Below are positions 61,218 through 64,000 of a DNA stretch of 64,000 bases, one piece after another. The number at the start of each line of letters is the position of its first letter. The first letter of the stretch is position 1. Source of the DNA: an uncultured Fusobacterium sp. (lineage in GTDB: Bacteria; Bacillota; Clostridia; Lachnospirales; Lachnospiraceae); contig CAUTRK010000009.1 of assembly GCA_963540885.1 (NCBI GenBank), forward strand, positions 26 through 64,025. Reading direction: 5' to 3'. Position numbers and translations under genes: made by a program. The notes beneath the pieces are model-generated. The model searched no databases. It had not been told where the DNA came from and saw only the letters and a program-made list of their open reading frames with translations.

Positions 61218-62399
61218 TTATCTGTCTCCGAAGGAAAGCCCCAGAAGTCGGGCTTCTTCAACAATTGACGCGTTCGGGTCCACTGTCTTGAGTTTCCCCG
61301 CCGATTCCTCCAGCGCTATGCTGGTCACTTCATTATTGCGTACAACCACCATGCGTCCGAAGCGCCCCTCCGCAATCAGCCTTGCCGCTCTTGCGCCCAG
61401 ACGGGTCGACAGCACGCGATCGTATGGATTCGGCGCTCCGCCGCGCTGTGTGTGTCCGGGAACTGTGACGCGGACCTCCCGTCCCGTCAGCTCCGAAATC
61501 TGCGCACCGATTTCATAAGCCACGGAAGGATATTTCCTGGCATTGTTTTTTCCCTTCTGCTCCTTCTTGCTGCGCGCCGCCAGCTCCTTGGAGCGCGCGC
61601 CCTCCGCAACCGCGATAATCGAAAATTTACTGCCCGCCTTTTCACGCTTCTTCAGCGCCTCTATCACCACATTGATGTCATAAGGAATTTCAGGAATCAG
61701 GATGATATCCGCCCCGCCTGCCATTCCCGCATACAGGGTGAGCCAGCCGACCTTATGTCCCATGACCTCTACAATAAACACTCTCCCGTGAGAGGCCGCG
61801 GTCGTGTGGATGCGGTCAATCGCATCCGACGCCACCTCAATGGCGCTCTGAAAACCAAAGGTCACATCGGTCCCGTACAGATCGTTGTCTATCGTTTTCG
61901 GCAGCGATACGATATTCAGTCCCTCCTGCCGCAGCAGGTTCGCGGTCTTCTGACTTCCGTTCCCGCCAAGCACACAGAGACAGTCCAGCTGCAGCTTCCG
62001 GTAGGTCGCCTTCATCAGCTCAACCTTATTGTTTCCGTTCTCATCCGGAACCGTCATCAGCTTGAACGGCTGACGACTGGTCCCCAACAGGGTCCCTCCC
62101 CGCGTCAGTATGCCTGAAAAATCGCTCTTCAGCATCAGACGATATTGCTCGTACATCAGCCCGCGGTATCCGTCCAGAAAGCCTATGATTTCCACATTTT
62201 CGCAGAGATTGTAAAGCGTTTTTGCAATGCCCCGCATGGTCGCGTTCAGCGCCTGACAGTCTCCCCCGCTCGTCAGCATTCCGACGCGGAGCTTTCTCGT
62301 TCCAAGCCGCTCTCTTCCCGCCTCATCCGACACTTTTTTTACCGTCCTTCTGCCTCGCTCCGCTTTTCCGTTCTTTTCCATTTTTGTTGTTTCCGCCAT
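61218..62399 (-). CDS. pfkA: 6-phosphofructokinase
   Basis: ..VGMLTSGGDCQALNA.., ..LPKTIDNDL.., ..GHTQRGG.. Start at 62399 with RBS ggaggga. Confidence 0.85.
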   Translation of the reverse strand: MAETTKMEKNGKAERGRRTVKKVSDEAGRERLGTRKLRVGMLTSGGDCQALNATMRGIAKTLYNLCENVEIIGFLDGYRGLMYEQYRLMLKSDFSGILTRGGTLLGTSRQPFKLMTVPDENGNNKVELMKATYRKLQLDCLCVLGGNGSQKTANLLRQEGLNIVSLPKTIDNDLYGTDVTFGFQSAIEVASDAIDRIHTTAASHGRVFIVEVMGHKVGWLTLYAGMAGGADIILIPEIPYDINVVIEALKKREKAGSKFSIIAVAEGARSKELAARSKKEQKGKNNARKYPSVAYEIGAQISELTGREVRVTVPGHTQRGGAPNPYDRVLSTRLGARAARLIAEGRFGRMVVVRNNEVTSIALEESAGKLKTVDPNASIVEEARLLGLSFGDR

Positions 62400-62629
62400 T
62401 TTACAGCTCCCTCCGCTCTCCAGAGCGGGTCTCATATTTCCAAAGACTGCCGACAGCGCTCTCCGCGTGCCATATTCGTTAAAAGTATACGACAGAATGC
62501 CGCATTCGGCAACTTTGATACCAGAAAATCGGTCCGTCTTTGATGCCAGAAAAGCGGTCCGTCTGACGACGCACCGCCTCACCATTTTTTTCATCCGCAC
62601 ATCCCGCTTTGAATGAGAACCATGAACGT

Positions 62630-62864
62630 TACCGCGGCAGCAAGCTCGGTGACGGTGATCCCGCATCACCCGTACGCATTCGCTTAGTGCTGCTGCATTC
62701 CTGCCCTGACACGGTTCGCGAAGGTCCGCCGCGCGGGGACCCTCACGTCAACACCGCTTTCCGCGGGCTGCTTCACAGTTCACGCACCCGAGGCGGGATA
62801 TCACCCCTGCTGTGGCGGGTTGCAGGTGCAGGGAACCGCCATCTCCCCGGCTGTGCGGACCTTC
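62630..62864 (-). ncRNA. ffs: Signal recognition particle RNA (large Bacillus-type, with Alu domain)
   Basis: The minus strand reads GGGGAGAUGGCGGUUCCCUGCACCUGCAACCCGCC...GGUGUUGACGU.AGGGUCC...GAACCGUGUCAGG...GCAGCACUAAGCG. This matches, block for block, my recollection of the B. subtilis scRNA. A TATACT -10 lies just upstream. The ends are approximate. Confidence 0.65.
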
Positions 62865-62934
62865 AGTATAAAATGACGCCTATCTGTTGTCAATCAGTTC
62901 TTCTGCGTCTTCTTTTCCTTTTCAGGAACTGTCA

Positions 62935-63169
62935 AGCAAATTTCTGTAAGGATGTTCCTGGACAGTTCGGGTATGCCAAAGTTGTGTACTGTGGCATAAC
63001 AAAGGAGCAAATGCCGCTCTGGAAGAGCGGCGACACTGCCCCCTACGCCCGTATTCTCGATTTTCGCAGAGACTCCGCCGAGCTGCTCTCCGTATTGAAG
63101 GAGCACGCTTCCATACCTATCATAAGCAAGGCGGCATCGGCACCCCGAACCTCTATGAATATCAGATAG
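62935..63169 (+). pseudogene. Possible remnant of a TmcAL/YlbM-type nucleotidyltransferase gene
   Basis: ..APYARILDFRRDSAELLSVLKEHASIPIISKAASA.. resembles an internal segment of that family. Only about 75 codons are present. Confidence 0.25.
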
Positions 63170-63227
63170 TGATTGTATGAGAGATTGTAAACAGCGAGAT
63201 CATTTATAACTCGCTTCTCTGGGTCTT

Positions 63228-64000
63228 TTATACTCGTCCCAGAATTAATCTTGGCAGCCATAAAGATAGCTCCGGAAAAAACGTAGTCAGAATTAAAGCC
63301 GGCAGCCACGCAAAAAGAATATATTGCAGCGTCGGTTTTATGGCTTCAATGGCGCTGGTTTTTGCAACCTGAGCACCCAGATAAAGCATGGGAGCGCAAG
63401 GAGGCGTAACCAATCCCATGCCAAGATTAACTCCCATAATTGCAGCATAATGTACAGAATTCACTCCAACACTGGTAGCAATAGGTAATAACAACGGTGT
63501 TGAAAGCACGATGGCTGATCCATCATCCATTAACATTCCTAAAACGATCATGACAATATTAATCATGACTAAGATCAGAGTTTTATTAGTTGTAATCCTC
63601 ATAGTTATGTCAACCAGCATATCCGGTACTCGCTCTGTCGTAAATATACGAGAAAGAATACCGCAGCTCATCAGCATCATCATAATTGCCCCGGAATTAT
63701 ATGCTGATTCTACTAAACTTGATCCCAACTCGTTGATTTGCATTCCCTTATAAAACAGGACCGCTATTGGCACGCAATAAAACACTGCGACCGCTGCTGC
63801 CTCCATTGTTGTCATAACACCACCATAGATACTTCCCAAAACTATTATGGGCATCAGTAATGCGGGAATTGCGTGTGCACTGCGCTTAATAATAGCGTTA
63901 AAACTCATATCCATCTTTTCCGGAGTGTTATCCTGAATGCTTTTTAATTTTCTCACCTGAAAATATTGAATGATGCAAAAAAAAGTCGCTACAATTATAC
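63228..64000 (-). CDS. dctM: TRAP transporter large permease DctM (C-terminal part; gene continues past the window)
   Basis: The polytopic sequence ..MLMDDGSAIVLSTPLLLPI....GVNSVHYAAIMGVNLGMGLVTPP.. is typical of DctM. GC content is lower than in neighbouring genes. Confidence 0.7.
   Translation of the reverse strand, partial: IIVATFFCIIQYFQVRKLKSIQDNTPEKMDMSFNAIIKRSAHAIPALLMPIIVLGSIYGGVMTTMEAAAVAVFYCVPIAVLFYKGMQINELGSSLVESAYNSGAIMMMLMSCGILSRIFTTERVPDMLVDITMRITTNKTLILVMINIVMIVLGMLMDDGSAIVLSTPLLLPIATSVGVNSVHYAAIMGVNLGMGLVTPPCAPMLYLGAQVAKTSAIEAIKPTLQYILFAWLPALILTTFFPELSLWLPRLILGRV

Overview
GC-rich (roughly 58-60%) Firmicutes/Clostridia-like chromosome segment. Positions 1 to about 45.0 kb are part of an integrated contractile-tailed prophage, transcribed almost entirely on the minus strand. 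Its layout is: early, replication and DNA-modification genes (44.9 to 30.4 kb); a plus-strand accessory island with a switch-like regulatory region (26.9-30.3 kb); lambda-like head and packaging genes (25.7 to 17.4 kb); P2/Mu-like sheath, tube, tape measure and baseplate genes (17.4 to 4.8 kb); and tail fibres (4.8 to 0.3 kb). No integrase, lysis genes or reverse transcriptase lie in the window, so the prophage continues past position 1. Main observations: (1) the last fibre gene is the target of a diversity-generating retroelement, with a VR/TR pair showing adenine-only mismatches, and its RT lies off-window; (2) a 1-kb non-coding block (40.33-41.36 kb) holds one canonical tRNA-Ile(UAU), two tRNA-like elements with aberrant anticodon arms, and two enlarged (147 and 183 nt) tRNA-like scaffolds with covarying stems; (3) a two-gene module of convergent small ORFs overlapping at their 3' ends occurs three times, and both partners are divergent paralogs; (4) a cytosine-5 DNA methyltransferase gene is circularly permuted (motifs I-II moved to the C-terminus) and broken by two +1 frameshifts in poly-G tracts; (5) a low-GC moron island carries a SWIM zinc-finger gene, an amber-interrupted XRE gene and repeated operators. 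From 45.2 to 54.4 kb lies a seven-gene minus-strand host operon combining archaeal-type lipid head-group enzymes (UbiA-like, CarS-like, CDP-alcohol phosphatidyltransferase, PS decarboxylase) with two PEP-utilising dikinase-like proteins and a GNAT-fold protein. From 54.6 to 64 kb are housekeeping genes (ttcA-like, recR, ybaB, dnaX, pfkA, SRP RNA, partial dctM). All calls come from reading the sequence and ORF translations; no database searches were run.
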